A stretch of DNA of 64,000 nt from the human T2T-CHM13v2.0 reference genome, Homo sapiens, in assembly GCF_009914755.1 (NCBI RefSeq), contig NC_060930.1; one strand, 5' to 3'. Each line of letters opens with the position of its first letter. Position 1 is the stretch's first letter. This document shows positions 1-20,129 of this stretch, one piece after another. The translations under genes were made by a program, and so were the position numbers. Below the pieces are notes generated by a model. That model did no database searches. It was not told the origin of the DNA and was given only the letters and a program-made list of their open reading frames with translations.

Positions 1-1784
1 TAATATAAAAAAGCCAAGAGATTCCAGAATTTAAAAAAGCTCTTTAATATTCCTTTATGGAAAGGTATAAATAAGAAGCTCGCAATCATGGTATCAAGCC
101 ACATTGCCTCATTCTTCTGCCCTTGGGGAAGCCCATAGCGTAATTTGTCTTTTCTTTTGGCTTTCACCTTGCCTTCCCCAAACAGTGATTGCTTCTTATG
201 TTAGCATTGCATTTGTTCTAAGTCTTATTCTTTTTTTGCACTTTGAAAATTTTCTGTTATGACATGTTTTGTTTTCATAATAAAAGAAGAAAAATATAAT
301 ATCATAAAACGTAGTCCAGGCCACAGAGATGATGAAAGCCTGACAAAGCAGAGATTATGAAGAGAAGGTAAACTGGAGTGGGAAAGATAGGATTAGAAGA
401 TAGAATTGACAAGTCTTGACTACAATTTAAAACACCTGTTTTATGTAATTGTGATGTATTTTAAAGAAATACAAATGCAAAATAAAGGTTTTGGGTTTTT
501 TTCCCACTTGTACTCACAGCAATCAAATCTTAAATGTACTTCATTATTTTTCAGTCACTCATCATTTAAGATGATTTGCCAAGTGTATTTTTAGTCCACA
601 GTATAAAATCAGTCTATATTTGAGGTCATGAAAAATGCTTAGATGAAATAATGGGAGTTCATTTTTCTGCAAGACCAATTTTTTTCAGTTTATCTTAAGT
701 TAATGATAGCAAATCCGTATTGTGAGACTATCTTAACAAGATAGATATTGACGTAAAAACAAAAGGTAAGGACTGAAAGATTAAAGCCCTGAAAAGGAAT
801 GCTTGAAGAGCATTAACTATACCAAATTTCTCAGGTTGGCAGCTATTCTCCTTTGTAAAAAGTGTTAGAAATTGATCTCTATACTTGGAAGGAAGGATTT
901 TACAGAGGGCTTCCAGAAACACATCTGATTTCCAGTTGCAAGATCAGAATATTCTAGTTATATTGATAATCTCCAGAGAAACAAAGTCTCATGAGTACTT
1001 TAGTCAAAACAAAAGATTATCTGATTGTAGAATTTCTAAGGTATTAAATGGTACTCTGCTGTTAAACAACTTTGGGATTGCTATTTTCTAGCTTTTTTTC
1101 TGAAGTAACAACTGTGTTTGGCTATATGTGTTGATAATAATAGTCTGTGTAGAAAAGGGAGAAAAAGAATAAAACAATGTATCCCATTTTGTTATTTCCA
1201 TGAGTGAAAATGAGTCTCTAATGAGATGTCCCCAAACAGTGCTGCCGTTCATCAAAGCACATGCCCCAGATCTGAGTGAGTTTAATTATCGTGGGGACAG
1301 TGAAAGGAGGACATTTAAATCAACTTAAAGTGGAAAAATTCAAAAGATTAAGAAGCAGCATATCTCAGGCTGCATAGAACTAATATTAGTATTTGACATC
1401 TCTTTTCATCTAGAAGGAATCACCTTCGGAAGGGGGCAACAAAGTTAATCCCAAACATGTTTTTGATCAGCCAATACATCAGAATCAGCCCATCATTTTG
1501 GAGAAAGAGATGAGCTCTCTGCATAGATAAGCCTCCCAATGTAAAGAGACAAGCTCTGTGTGGTATCTAGATTGCTGCAGAATAATTTGAGCCTCACGCA
1601 GGACTTTTGATCAGAAGAGAAATTTTGATCAGGAGAGAAATTGTTTTATTAGGGGCATTATCTGAATTTTGCTAGAGCAACCTACTCCTTTACCAGAAAA
1701 ATAAGTTAAAATCAGGATAGAAAATAATATGTTTAATGAAAATAATTCCTTTTTATGAGTCTCCAATTGTTTGGTGATTTTTGG

Positions 1785-4124
<2,340 letters not shown>

Positions 4125-5708
4125 TTTGGTCTTTTAAACAAACATTAAAAGATAGCTAAACTAAGAGATGGGGAGTATATTCATCTATGACTTTTCCTCT
4201 GCTGCTCTGTCTCTTATGCCATATACTAATTTGTTAGCCAATGAATATCTAAGAACCTGGCTGCTCAGTGTTCAGTAAATAATAGCCTAATTAAAATACC
4301 TTGTTGGAATATGGGACCTTTATCTCCAAAGCTGAATGTCTCATTTTTCTTACCATGCTTAGTTGTCATGTCTTTATGATTGTATTAGGGGATATTTTAC
4401 TATTTCTGTTTCTGTTTGTGTTATATGTTGACATGTATTATGTCAATTAAGCCTAATAAAAGATCCTGTTAGAGACCTAAGGAAGTACAGTTATCACCAT
4501 TTAAGATATAAGAAAACTAAGGTTCAAGGCGTGAAATTCCTAGCCTGAGGTCAGAGTTCTCTTAAGTGTTGTAGCCTCAGGGAGGGACCTCTCTAGCCTG
4601 CCAAATTGATTTGTTTGACATCACAGAACAATGCAGTGAAATATCAAATTTCAGTCCCTGTGTATCCTACAGTTATCTCATTTTTCTACCCAAACAGGTC
4701 CTTATCCATTGCCCAACATCAAATTGGACATATGCTCAAAAGGGTGAAGGAAATAGAAATGTATGAGAGAAATCTAACTGTGCCTAGATACTTTCTATCT
4801 AGGCACAGGGAAAAGGGACATAATTTTAAAATACATATTTATATATGAGTAGAGTACAACATATACTAGAGGCCAAGGCCCTTGTTCTCAAAGCACTTAG
4901 ATTCTGATAAGGCAAAAACATTCTCGACTATCAAGTACAGAGTGACATATCAATTAATTACAGAGTGATGTGTCCACTGAAAATATTTTGAGGTATTGGC
5001 TTTCAGTGAATTATGCTAACTTTATCTCTTACACATATTTGGCTCAGGAGTAAAGAATTTGTAACATCAAATATGTTAACTAATAATCAAATAATCAGTC
5101 AGCTATCAGTAATCATAATGAAAATCATGTATTGTCATTATGGCATTTTCTATTTTAGGAAATGCAGCTCTTTCTTCACTACTATTGCCATATGTTTAAA
5201 GGAAAAGAATTACTCCTATGTGACCCAGTTCACACCTTGCCAAATCCTTTTACTCAGTATGTGAGCCAATTACAAAGGACTTGTTTTTACAAATGTGCTT
5301 GCCCATCAGTCAAAAGTACCACTGAAACCAGAAACATTTTCTTAAAATGTAATCTTCCAAACATGGCATTCTAGTAGCATAACCATATATTGTGATTTTT
5401 AAAAATACTCAACATTTCTTAGCCTATGGAAGAATCTCATTTTTCCTCAGGCCTATGGCAGTTCTCAATAATTTTATGAGATATAGTATTGACTATATCA
5501 AGTTGAAGAAAGGCCACAGATCTCCATGTAAGAATTTGTAAGTTATTGGAAAAGAAAAAAGAACAATACATGTAATGAACCATATTATAAGGAAAGTGTT
5601 TTCTGTATCAGTTCATTAGTTTTCAAAGTCCAGCAGCGTGAAATTAATATGATTTCTACCAGCAAATCATCTCTCCAATGTTTTTTCTTTTTTTTCCCTC
5701 TTTCCTAG

Positions 5709-5929
5709 ACTGAAAAAGAAAAAACAAGCCAAACAAAATGCAGAGACAGCCTCAGCTGTAGCTACAAGGACTCATACTGGGAAGGAAGATAATAATACAG
5801 TAGTTTTAGAGCCAGACAAGTGCAACATTGCTGTGGAAGAGGAATATATGACTGATGAGAAAAAAAAGAGAAAAAGTAATCAGTTAAAGGAGATCAGGCG
5901 TACAGAACTAAAGAGATATTATAGTATTG
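5709..5929 (+). CDS. NCOA7: NCOA7 internal coding exon (LKKKKQAKQN...ELKRYYSI)
   Basis: Polypyrimidine tract + TAG acceptor; G|GTGAGT donor; 221 nt, phase 2 to 1. Translation matches the recalled NCOA7 N-terminus. Confidence 0.96.
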
Positions 5930-6100
5930 GTGAGTATTCATGGCGTTACTGCAGTATTTTCATTTAAAAAATCTATAAGAATTTTTAAAAGACTATCATT
6001 TGTGATTGATCATAATAATGGTAACAGTTTATGGAGCAGCTGCTATGTGCCCCTGGCCCTTGCTTTACATACATAATCTTGTGTAAGGGGATCACACTAA

Positions 6101-6608
<508 letters not shown>

Positions 6609-6830
6609 GACACTTGAGAATCTTAAAGGGAATCTTGAAATGAGTCCATAGTGTTATATAGTTTCTCAGAATAACCCGTGCATCTGAAACTACATTCGCA
6701 GAAGTGGCGTATCTAGCTTGACCTGAATCACCCATCTCACACCTACTGTTCTATCACATGCATACATGGATTTTGTTTCAAAGAGAATGCAAATAAATGA
6801 AATAAATAAGGGTACCAGGAATCAGAACTT

Positions 6831-7600
<770 letters not shown>

Positions 7601-7931
7601 CAGTATTCCAAGATAAAATGGACTGCCCTTGAGGTAGTAATAAAAGCTGCATTGCTGATGTTGCTACCGTACAGGCAGATGATCTATCGGCAGCCGAAAG
7701 CATGTGGTTTGTAGCTTTACAGTGGGCTAAGATGATAGTATAATGTATTACATGTCTTAATGGATGTTTTTAATCTCAAGCTATTCAGTATTTTATAAAA
7801 AGCTATAACTGTCAACCTGTTGAAAGATACTTCTGTACTATTAATAAACTTCCTTTTAAAATGTAAATATTAAATATTATCCCTTATTTCCAAAAAGAGG
7901 AAGAGGATTAAGGAAAATTGCATTTCATATC

Positions 7932-8578
<647 letters not shown>

Positions 8579-9047
8579 AGCGTATGCTTTTTTTTTTTTT
8601 AAATGATTTCTCGCTGTAATAGGATAACCTTTTTATGTGGTATACTCTGTCGCGTGTGTAATGCTGAGTCTGAAACAATGTGCTTCACTCTTTACCTGAC
8701 TGGCTCTTACCTGACTTAACAAAATCAGCTCAGTCATCATTTCTTCCAGAAGCCCTCCCTGTCCCTGTCCAGGTTAGACTTCCTTTCTGCATTGTTATCA
8801 TGGATGTATTTGATTACCTATGTACAGGCTGGGGTGACTTAGACCCTAGAGTATTAGCTTTGTGTAGTGTCTTCAGCTTGACGTGTGCTCTTTAAGTGTG
8901 CATTGAAAGGAATAGTTAATACATAGATAAATGAATATTTTTAATTGTTGGAGTTTCAAGAAAACTCTGGAAGAACATAGATAATAGTGTAGTCATTGGG
9001 TCAGAAGTATCCTGTGATTTATCTGGTAGCAGTAAGTAAAGAAATGT

Positions 9048-9335
9048 GGCCAGGCTCAGTGGTTCACACCTGTAATCCCAGCACTTTGGGAGGCTAAGGT
9101 TAGGAGGATCACTGGAGGCCAGGAGTTCAAAGCCAGCTCAGGCAATGTACAAGATCCTGCCTCTACAAAAAATACATTAGCCAGGCATAGTAGCACACAC
9201 CTGTAGTCCCAGCTACTTGGGATGCTGAGGTGAGAGAATTGCTTGAGCCCAGGAGTTGGAAGGTGCACAAATCTACTGCACTCCAGACTGAGTGACAGAG
9301 CGAGACACTGTCTCTGAAAAAAAAAAAAAGAAAGA
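9048..9335 (+). mobile_element. AluJ-like
   Basis: Sense dimer with A tail; TSD AAAGAAATG. Confidence 0.88.
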
Positions 9336-9574
9336 AATGCCATTAAAGCTTACCATCTCTCAAGAATAACAATGATAGCAACCGGTTTGGAGGTTTGAGG
9401 CATTTCCTCAGGAGAAGCCAGTGCTTAGATAAAACCTCTAGGTGGAATTCACCTTTCCACCTAGACCCTTTCCAAATCTGACTAGAGGTGACAAACTCTC
9501 ATCTTGGCAGGTTTGTTGGCTCTCCCAGCGTCTGACCTGGCGTGTTTCTCAGTCCCATCCCAAGGCGATGTTCT

Positions 9575-9593
9575 CTACCGCTAGATGGAGCAT
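9575..9593 (+). promoter_or_regulatory. Possible CTCF site
   Basis: CCGCTAGATGGAGC versus core CCRCYAGRKGGCRS (one core mismatch), in a locally CpG-richer patch. Confidence 0.35.
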
Positions 9594-11007
9594 CAGACCT
9601 CAAGTCAAGAGCATCCCAGTTCACTGCTGCTTTTGGTGGCTCTAGTCTGGGAGGGAAGGGGAGACTTGAAAATGGGAGGATCTCATTGGCTTGCTAAGGA
9701 TTTGGGATTTACCTTGTAGTCAGTGGAGAGCCATTGGAGGAGAATGTCAAGGGAAAAGGAAATTCTTTACTTTTTGTTTGCTCTACATTTAGTTTACCAT
9801 CAACTCTGTGATGAATCTGATATGAAGAAGGCAGGCTGTGCTGGTCTGAGACTAGGGCTTAGGGGAAGGGGCACACCGAAGGGGCACACAGCAGCATTTG
9901 ATGGTCAGTGTAGTGTGTGAGGGAGGAAAAAAAAAAACAGAGGCAAAAATTGACAGACTAGGAAGCTCAAGAAGGAGGAAAGAAGATAATGAATTTGTTT
10001 GGAGATGTTTTTGAGCTGCCAGGTAGATTTGTCTAGAGGGGCCTAGATTTCATGTGAAAGGCCTACAAATTGCTACTTACAGGTATCAGAAGAATCTGCA
10101 TGTGTAAAACAAAAGTAATCCAGTGAATGCACAGAGAGCCAAAATGAAAAGTTAATGGACAACAAGTAATAATGAATGTATCGAAAAAAAGACTAGGAGG
10201 ATATGTAACAATATGTTGATAGTTGTTTTCTCTGGTTACAGAAATTTTGAGGCAGTTTTTTTGTATATTACACATAGTTATTTTTAATATTAATAATCAG
10301 AAAATAGAGTTGAAAATAAAGTAAAAGTAAGGGCTTTGCAAAAATCAAAAGCATTAGACAAATACGAAGTTCTATAAGCAATATATAACAAAATAATTAC
10401 TTTCTGTAGGTATCTATTCCACATCTATAACATCATCTGCCTGATCCAAAGAAGTGTATTTCGATAAAATAATGTTTTTACTTGTGAAATTACTTTTATC
10501 TGTGCCTCACTTAATCCTTGGGTAATAAGTCATTGCTATCTCCTGACACTTAGGAAAACACAACAGTTCAGATACTAATAAAGGATGCTTCAGAAAGATT
10601 GAGTCACTAGAATTGCCTCATAACAACATGGTGCTAATTCTAAAAATGCCTTGTTTTTTGAGAGGGAAGTAGGAGAAAGGAAGCAGAGTGATTACATTGA
10701 GGCAGATGGCATCAGATAAATCTAGATCCAACACCTAGCGCAGCACCTGGCACAAATTAAGCATCAAAAAAACCTTCCAGAATGAGTGAACTGAGCCCTT
10801 TCGTGCTTTCATTTGTGTTTACTAATATATAAAGTACTCCTTTTTCATTTATTCTGTTTGGGTAAACTCTTAAGGAATTTTTTGGTGAAAATGTGTCAAT
10901 ATATTTTTCAAAATTAGTTATTAAGTTAAATTTGATACAAGCACCTTGGAATGTTTATAAATGTATTAAAAGATGTTTGGTCTATATTACAATATCAAAA
11001 TAATTAA

Positions 11008-11382
<375 letters not shown>

Positions 11383-12442
11383 TAGTGAACATCTTTGCTT
11401 CTAAGAATATGGAGATAGAAATGGAAATTTTACAAATATGGGTAACATTTCAGTGTCGGGAAGTTCTTCATTTGAAACATAGCTGTGCAGCCATAAGATT
11501 GGAAAGAGATGGGCACATATTATAAATAAGGGGGGACAAGACTAAATTGGGATAAAATATATTATTATGATTATGTAATGTTTTAATATAAAATGTGAAT
11601 ACCAAGATCTTGGATAGTGAAGTTGAATTTTAAGAAAATTATACTTGGGAGGTCTTATAACAAACATAAAAGACTTAAATAAGAGAGCATAGCTCATTTT
11701 GTGATTATCGTAGTCAAAGATTTATTTAAAGAGAACCTCTGCAGTACAAAGAATGAATTTAGCTTCCAATATAAAATGTGTAATGTCTATATTAATCATT
11801 TCAAATCATAGTTTTCCCTCCTGAACTCAAAAGAAACTTAAAAAAATAAATGAAATCCTCTGCTTTTCCTTTGCTGTCTGTTTTGGTTTTTTGACAATGT
11901 GGAAGTAACAGACTACTAAGTTATTTCTCACAAAGGCAGCCCAACACTTTTCCATACACAGATTACTTTTTCTTAATGTTTTTTTTCCTAACTACACATG
12001 TGAAGATTTCATGTCCATCATTTGTCTTCGTTTTACTTGGCAAGTTCAAAGAGCCAAAGTTATGTTATATTTGATAAATAAACTTCTAAACATAAACAGG
12101 TCAAGCCACAAATGTCTAATAACATTGCTCTTCTGTTCAAAAGTAATGATCGTCCTGGTACTTTAGATCTTAAAACATCAAAGAATATAGGATTAAAATG
12201 GATTTTCATGTAGAAAAAGGATGCCAAGAATCCAATTAATATTTTTTTAATCAAGCAGAATGAGATTTGGGTATAAAATAAATGGAAATTATTTGGATGA
12301 AAATAGTTAGGCCTGTGCTTCTTGGGACCATCAAAGAAGTCAAATTAGTGTTTTCGTGACATACCTGGGTGGTGAGAGGACAAACCTGAGGTGTGCCCCC
12401 AGAAAGCATGCAGTGTGGCTGAAGGAATGAAAGTGATAAGAG

Positions 12443-12756
<314 letters not shown>

Positions 12757-13410
12757 AGTGATAAGATGACAGGTAGGGGAGACGTGAATGAAGAGTCTGA
12801 GGATCAAAGGTGTTCTTGGTGAAGAGGATAGAACCACGGGAGTAAAAACAGTCATCAAAGCTGGAATCAGATAAGAAGATGCTTTCATGAGCTAAAACTC
12901 ATGCCTAAGTGGAGAAATAAGAGCTTACCTTAGTTAGGCAGAATTATGGGGAATACTCAGTCCTCCGAATAACTGTAGCAAATGTTTACAGGTCATGAAT
13001 AAATGATAAAGAGATGATCTTTTTAAAACATTATCTACAAAGGAGCAAAGAAAAAAGAAACAGACTTCTTCATAGTGGTGAATGCCAGAGGAATTAAAAT
13101 CTCTTCAGACTTATGAGGCAAAAGCTGTTTTTCAAGGTCAAAGACAAGACATTCTCAGACATAGAAGAACTCAAGAAAGAGACCTTTTGTGTTGTAGATT
13201 ACCTTAAACAAATTTATGAACAAATTAGGTCATTTTGGCAGTGCCCACGTGAATGGCATTTTTGCCACTGTGGGCTTCAGTGGACTGTTGCTGCTTTTTT
13301 TCTCTCTCTTTTTTCTGTTTTCTACATCATCACTTTTGAAAATGTTTGATAACATTTTCAACATTATTGACTTTTCCATTCACACTGTTGGCAAAAACTA
13401 CTTTACCTGT

Positions 13411-13709
13411 GGCTAGGTGTGGTGGTTCATGCCTATAATCACAGCACTTTGGGGGGCCAAGGCAGGCAGATCACCTGATCAAGACCAGCCTGGCCAACAT
13501 GGTGAAACCCTGTCTCTACTAAACATACAAAAAAATTAGCTGGACATGTGGTGCATGCCTGTAGTCCCAGCTACTGGGGAGGCTGAAGCAAGAGAACCGC
13601 TTGAACCCAGGATGCAGAGGTTGCAGTGAGTCAAGATTGTGCCACTGCATACCAACCTGGGTGACAGAGTGAGACTTCGTCTCAAAAAAACAAAAAAACA
13701 AACAAAAAA
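13411..13709 (+). mobile_element. AluS
   Basis: Sense dimer; TSD CTACTTTAC. Confidence 0.9.
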
Positions 13710-14316
13710 CCCTACTTTACTTAAAAACTAAAAATATTAAAAATATGGTAAACTGTGTTCTGTAGAAAATTGTTCCAAAAGGGAAAAGGAATTTAGAATC
13801 TAGAAATCAGTTATATTTCCTTAGAAACTCCAGTAGTTAGGGAGCATGAATGTTCACAGTTAAGTAGCTGTAAAACAAACACCCCTGAGTACACCTGTGA
13901 TTGCACCAGCTTTGTTTCAAGGGACACTCCTTTCCTGACCTCTCACAGCCCCAGCACTCTAATTAACACAATATTTTGTAACCCATTCTTGTCATTGTTG
14001 AAACAAAAAGGTACAGTCACTATACAAAAGCAACTGTATCTTAACAAGCCTGTTGTACTGTGTGTGAGCTTGAACTCAGAGTTTAGTTCCATTATAATCA
14101 TAGTAGTCTGCATAATGCAAATCTCATACCCTACTTAATCTGTCTTGTTATATTCACTTGCATTATAAAAAATCTCATTGTAAGAGAAATGCCCAAATGT
14201 GGTTTGGGCTGAGGGAAAGATAACAAATAAACTAAGTACAGTCAGGGGTTTTAAGCTTTGAAAAATTAAATTAGAAGTAAACTAGGAAGGATAAAAGAGG
14301 AAAAATACTCTAATTC

Positions 14317-14669
14317 TGTCTTCGGCCTGCTCGATCCACAAAATACCATATAACTGAGTGGCTTATAAATAACAGAAATGTATTTCTCACAGTTCTGGAG
14401 GCTGGAAAGTCCAAGATTAAGGCACTGGCAAATGTGGAGTGTGTTGAGAGCCCATATCCTCATAGACCACCATCCTCTCACTCTGAGCTCACATGGTAGA
14501 AGGGTGAGGGGTCTTTGGCCTCTTTTATAAGGGCAATAATCCCATCCATGAGAGTACTGCCAAGATGACCTAACCACCCCTCAATGGCTCCTTTTCCTAA
14601 TACCACACACTTGTGGGTGAGGATTTCAACATATGAATTTTGGGGGAACATAACATTAAAATCTTAGCA
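14317..14669 (-). mobile_element. MaLR solo LTR (MLT1A-like)
   Basis: TTTCTCACAGTTCTGGAGGCTGGAAAGTCCAAGATTAAGG...CAACATATGAATTTTGGGGG; TG...CA ends. Confidence 0.82.
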
Positions 14670-15169
14670 AATACATTGATGGTTGAAGAGTGATGTGGTC
14701 AGGTTTTTTTGGGGGGGGCAGTTTGGCTGTTTTTATCAAGACCCTTTTTGCGTACTCTTTGACCCAACAATTCTGTTTTTAGAAATTCATCCTAAGCAAA
14801 CAGTCATGAGCATATTAGAAGATTTAACTGCAGTAACTATCATTGCATTGTTTAAAGTAGCAGGAATATGAAAAATAACATAAATGATATAAAATGGAAT
14901 ACTATGTGCCATTTTAAAATGAAGTAGAAAAATAGTTAATGATATGGGAAATTTTCACCAAATACTACAGTAAAAAAGTCGGTTGACAATAGTTACTGAT
15001 TATGATTCCATTTTTGTTTAAAAAAATAATTCACCTACATGCATATAAAAAGAGGTATAGAGAATTTCTAGAAGTGTATTCACCAGAATGCAAACATCAG
15101 TCTCTCTGATTGGAGGGAAAATGGATGACCTTTATTTTTTTTTTAAATTTATTTGTGTTTTAAAATCAC

Positions 15170-15515
15170 TACTATGATCTGAATATTTGTGTCCCCCCAC
15201 CCACCCCCAAATTTACATGTTGAAATCCTACTTCCCAACGTGATAGTATCAGGAGGTGGGACCTTTAGGAAGTAATGAGGCCATATGGGTGGCGACCTCA
15301 TGATTGGGATTAGTGTTCTTAGCAAAGAGACTTCAGAGAGCTGCCTGGTTGAGAATGCGCTATCTACGAGCCAGGATGAGGGAAAAATACGCCGAGTTTG
15401 CCAGTGTCTTGATCTCGGACTTCCTAGTGTCCAGAACTCTGGGAGATAAATTACTGTTGTTTCTAAGCCACCAGTTTATGGTATTTTGTTATAGCAGCCT
15501 GAATATACTAAGACA
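15170..15515 (+). mobile_element. MaLR solo LTR (MLT1A-like)
   Basis: Starts CTATGATCTGAATATTTGTGTCCCC; ends TTTGTTATAGCAGCCTGAATATACTAAGACA. Confidence 0.82.
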
Positions 15516-16320
15516 ATGGCTGTATATAGTTTTGATTCACGTGAAATTGGCTTTCATATTTCTTCTGTTTTCTTCTGAAGTGTTCATATGCACAATTATT
15601 GTCCTTGATCCATTTATGAAAAGAAAAAGCTGTTTTCAATAAAGTATTTTGGAGGGTGGGAAAGAGGGTAAGAAGAGGAGGAGAAGCAACATCAGACACG
15701 AGGAAGAGCAGAAAGAACTATTTTCCATGAATGTCTCCTTTGTGTTAGATCCTTTATTTCACTATTTAATTTAGGACTTATGATCTGCTACAAAAAATGT
15801 AGCCTATTTTACAAACGTAAAAACTGAGAAGCTGAGTAACTGGCCAGGGATCCACTGTTGGCTAGCATGCAGCCAGGATTCATACCCTGCCCTCTTTGGC
15901 ACCAAAGCCTGACTTATTTCCACAAACGAGGAGGACCTTCTCCATGCTGAGTGCAGTAGTAGATTCTAGAGCAAAACGTTTTATAAGATTGGTAACTTCC
16001 CTGTGCTTTAAGCCTTGCATTTTAGATTTTAGCACAGTATGACTCATTTTAGTCGAGAACTATGTTACCTGTGACTTGCTTGAAGGAAGGAAGGTAGGTA
16101 ACATGTACTGCATGACATTTTCCTTTGTGCCACAGGTTAAAACAGAGTTCATATTGAGTATAGGGTTCATTCTTCCCTGACACATCTTTTTTTTTTTAAT
16201 TTAATTATAACAGCTTATACTTTAGGTTTCTCTTAAAGTGCTACCTAACAATACTGAATGTTTTAATTGTGCTTTTTATAGAGTCAGGTCAATAATTTGA
16301 GATGTGTGCATCGCCAATAG

Positions 16321-16677
<357 letters not shown>

Positions 16678-16736
16678 AGAAGACATTCTTTAGGCAGATA
16701 TAAGTGCTATATTTTCTTCAAAGACATATAACTTTA

Positions 16737-17038
<302 letters not shown>

Positions 17039-20000
17039 ATATATAACTTTATTTTTTGCTATTCAGTCTTGAATCTCTCTGCATTGATTTGAGAGTGGTC
17101 CAAATTTTTCTCCAAATCTTAGCCATTATTCACCTAGCTTCATTTAATTATAATCCTTAAAGTCCCTTGAACCCTTACTGTGCACATTGCAAAGTGCTTT
17201 TTCTGAATCACCTTATCAAATTCTTAGGGTAACTCTTTGGGAATCCAGCAGTATCTCCATTTTGTGCACTGGGAGACTGTCTTTAAGTTACTTCCCCAAG
17301 GTTACCTAGTGAGCAGATGGTAGACCAGGACTCTCATTCACAGTCCATCTGATGCCAAAACCTTCCCTCCAACATTAAGTTACATGATATTTATGGGGAA
17401 ATCCAGCCTCCTCTCATTTATAATGGTGCTTTTATTTTCACCAAATTTCTGTTTTTTGGTGATGTCACTGCAATGTTTTAATTGCTGTGGCTTTATAATC
17501 ATGTGTTTCAACATCATTAGAGTGTGCTTACCCTCACTTCTCTTTGAAAAATAATTTTGGATAGTCTTATGTATTTGTGCTTCTAGATAAGCATGGTTTT
17601 CAATTTGGAAACTGTTCCTTTGCCATAAAAAATTATTTTTTATTTAAATTGCATTTAAACATTAATTTGAAAAAAGTGAAATATTTATTTAAAGATGAGA
17701 TTTCCTACTTAGGAGTATTATATCCATTTAGACACTTCAGTTAAGCATTTTAATTTTATTTATGTATATCTTGTCATTGTCTTGTTATATTTATTCCTAG
17801 ATGTCATATAGTTTGATACCACTCTACCTGGGACTTTTCCAATTACGCTTCTGTTACAAAAATTAAAAATTATGATATCTGGCCACCTTAGTGAACAACT
17901 TTATGAATTTTTGACATTTTCATGATAATATTGGTTCTTTACACAGACAATTATGTTATCTGCTAATGACCACATTTTCATTTCTTCTCAGTATTTAAAA
18001 CTTTTCATCTGTTGCTTTGACTAGATTTCAGAACCAAGTTGGGTATAAACCATAAATTGATATTGGTAATGTTTTACTTTAAAAAAAGTACTTCTTTTCC
18101 TTTTGGTTTCTGATATAAGAGCTCATCTCAGTTTATACAGGTGTACTTTAGGAGAGGTTAGAATAGTGCTTAATTTCTCAAGAGACGTTGAGCATGTGGG
18201 TACCTGTAGTGCATTCAAGCACAGAGATTGCCTTGTGGTGCTGTGCAAGGTAGCCTCTGATGAATGGCAGGGATTCCCTCTTTATCCTGGAGTTTCCATT
18301 ATGTTTGTAGTGTTGCTGCTTTTATCTCCACTACAAGGCTTTTTTCTTTATGACCTGAAATACTTGTGGTTTAGCCTCACATTAGGTTCGCCTCTATGTT
18401 GTAATTTAGTGCATACCACTAAATTGGTGGATACCGTGCCCAGAAACCTTAAACACTGTGCTAGAATTGCTGTTAGGCAATTTAGGCCTTTCCTGGCACA
18501 ACTGGAACCAAAGAAAGGGGGTGGAGCTCATGCAGTGCCTGGGGCTATTTTTCCCTCTGCTCACCTGGAATCTTCCTTCCAGAAAGCTGGGGGTGGGGCC
18601 TCACCAGTGCGGTGTTTCGGTAATAAGCCCGCTTCTATAGACCTGGAAGTGACATCGTGAAGTCATTCAGTTTTCATTCCTATGAAGAAATTCCTTTTCG
18701 TATATACTCTTTAGCGTTGCATTGCTTTTTCAGAAGCATATTTCTAGTGAATATCAAGAATAAATATTCATCATTAAAGAAGTTCACTCTATTCTTAGTT
18801 TTCTAACAGTTGGAATTTTTTTGTTCTTTTTAAAAATACAATAATGGCTGTTTAATTCGTCAAATGCTTTTTTAGCATGTATCAAAATGATCAGATTCTT
18901 TTTCTCTGTTAAACAATTTATAAAGCTTTATCATATTAATACTATATCACTGCTGTATTTCTGGATGAAACCTTTTTGCTCATGGTTTATAATTGTTTTA
19001 ACATACTACTCTATTCACATTGCTATTTACTTGTGTTGACTACATTATTATAAATAACAATAGCATTTGTTAAGCATGTGCTCTGTGCCAGGCTCTGAGA
19101 TGAACACTGTATGAATCAGCTTAATTTTCTCAGCATTTCATTTTACAGCTAAACCGTTGCACAAAGATTTAGCTAACTTGATTAATATCACGTGGCTATG
19201 AAAATGTGTCATGGTTGCTAGTTAAACCCAGCTCATTTTGACCCCTAAACCAACCTGTGATCAGAAAGGTGTTTGATGACATAAGTGAGATGGTACATGA
19301 CTTGATTTTATAATTAATACTATCAAACTGCTTCAGCAATCATAGTTGAATGGATCTGTTTCCATTATAGGGACATGCCTGTCATTGGAAACAGATTCTC
19401 CTGTTCATAAATCAGGGTACCCCTTTCTTTGAAAAATCTATAGAGACACAGACAATTTTTGCCTCTTTGAATTCCCCTCATTTGGATGTCATAGAAACCA
19501 TCCTCCCTCTTTAGTAGAGTTACTGATGGTCCTGTGCTGTCAGCCTCCTGAACCCCCTTCAGATGCTCTTATGATAGAAATAGATGGAGGAGAGAGCTGG
19601 TCGTTCATGGGTGAGTAAAGAAAGAAGGGGCACATAGTAAGTTTAAGCCCCATGCAGAACTGGTCCTGATATAATTTAAAAACCTGATAATTTTCCAAAC
19701 TTCTGTTTGTGCTTGTTCAGATACTTGTTAATAACAGAAAAAAAGGCTACGTACTATCTTTTCTTCCCTTCCTATATCTAAGTAGAAATTATGGAATCAA
19801 GATCCAGAGAATTCACAGATGTCTGTACGGATTCTGTTTTCAAGCACAATAATGAATCATGTCCACTGTCCTGAGTTCACCCAGTCCCCAGGGGCCTGTG
19901 ACAGGAGCCAGATGCTCCGGTTTGAAGGACATTATGTATTGACTTGTTCTTGCTGGTTTTTCTCAGAACCAGCATATCTAGCCAGTTCGTTTCTTGACAC

Positions 20001-20129
20001 CCTCCCCAGTCTTCCCCCCCACCAGCATACTCAATGTCCACATCTCACATCACTACTTTGGTACTCAAAAATCTCTTATTTGAATCTCAATTTCTTTTTT
20101 TGTCTTTTCCCACAGATCTGTTCTCCAAT

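Noticed and set aside
15536-15545. TTCACGTGAA CLEAR/E-box palindrome
   Set aside because: Single intronic short motif at a repeat edge; compatible with chance.
16115-16141. Possible recursive splice site CAG|GTTAAA
   Set aside because: The reconstituted donor is weak and nothing else supports it.
18103-18660. 185-aa ORF
   Set aside because: Non-ATG start, no recognisable domain, no convincing splice structure.
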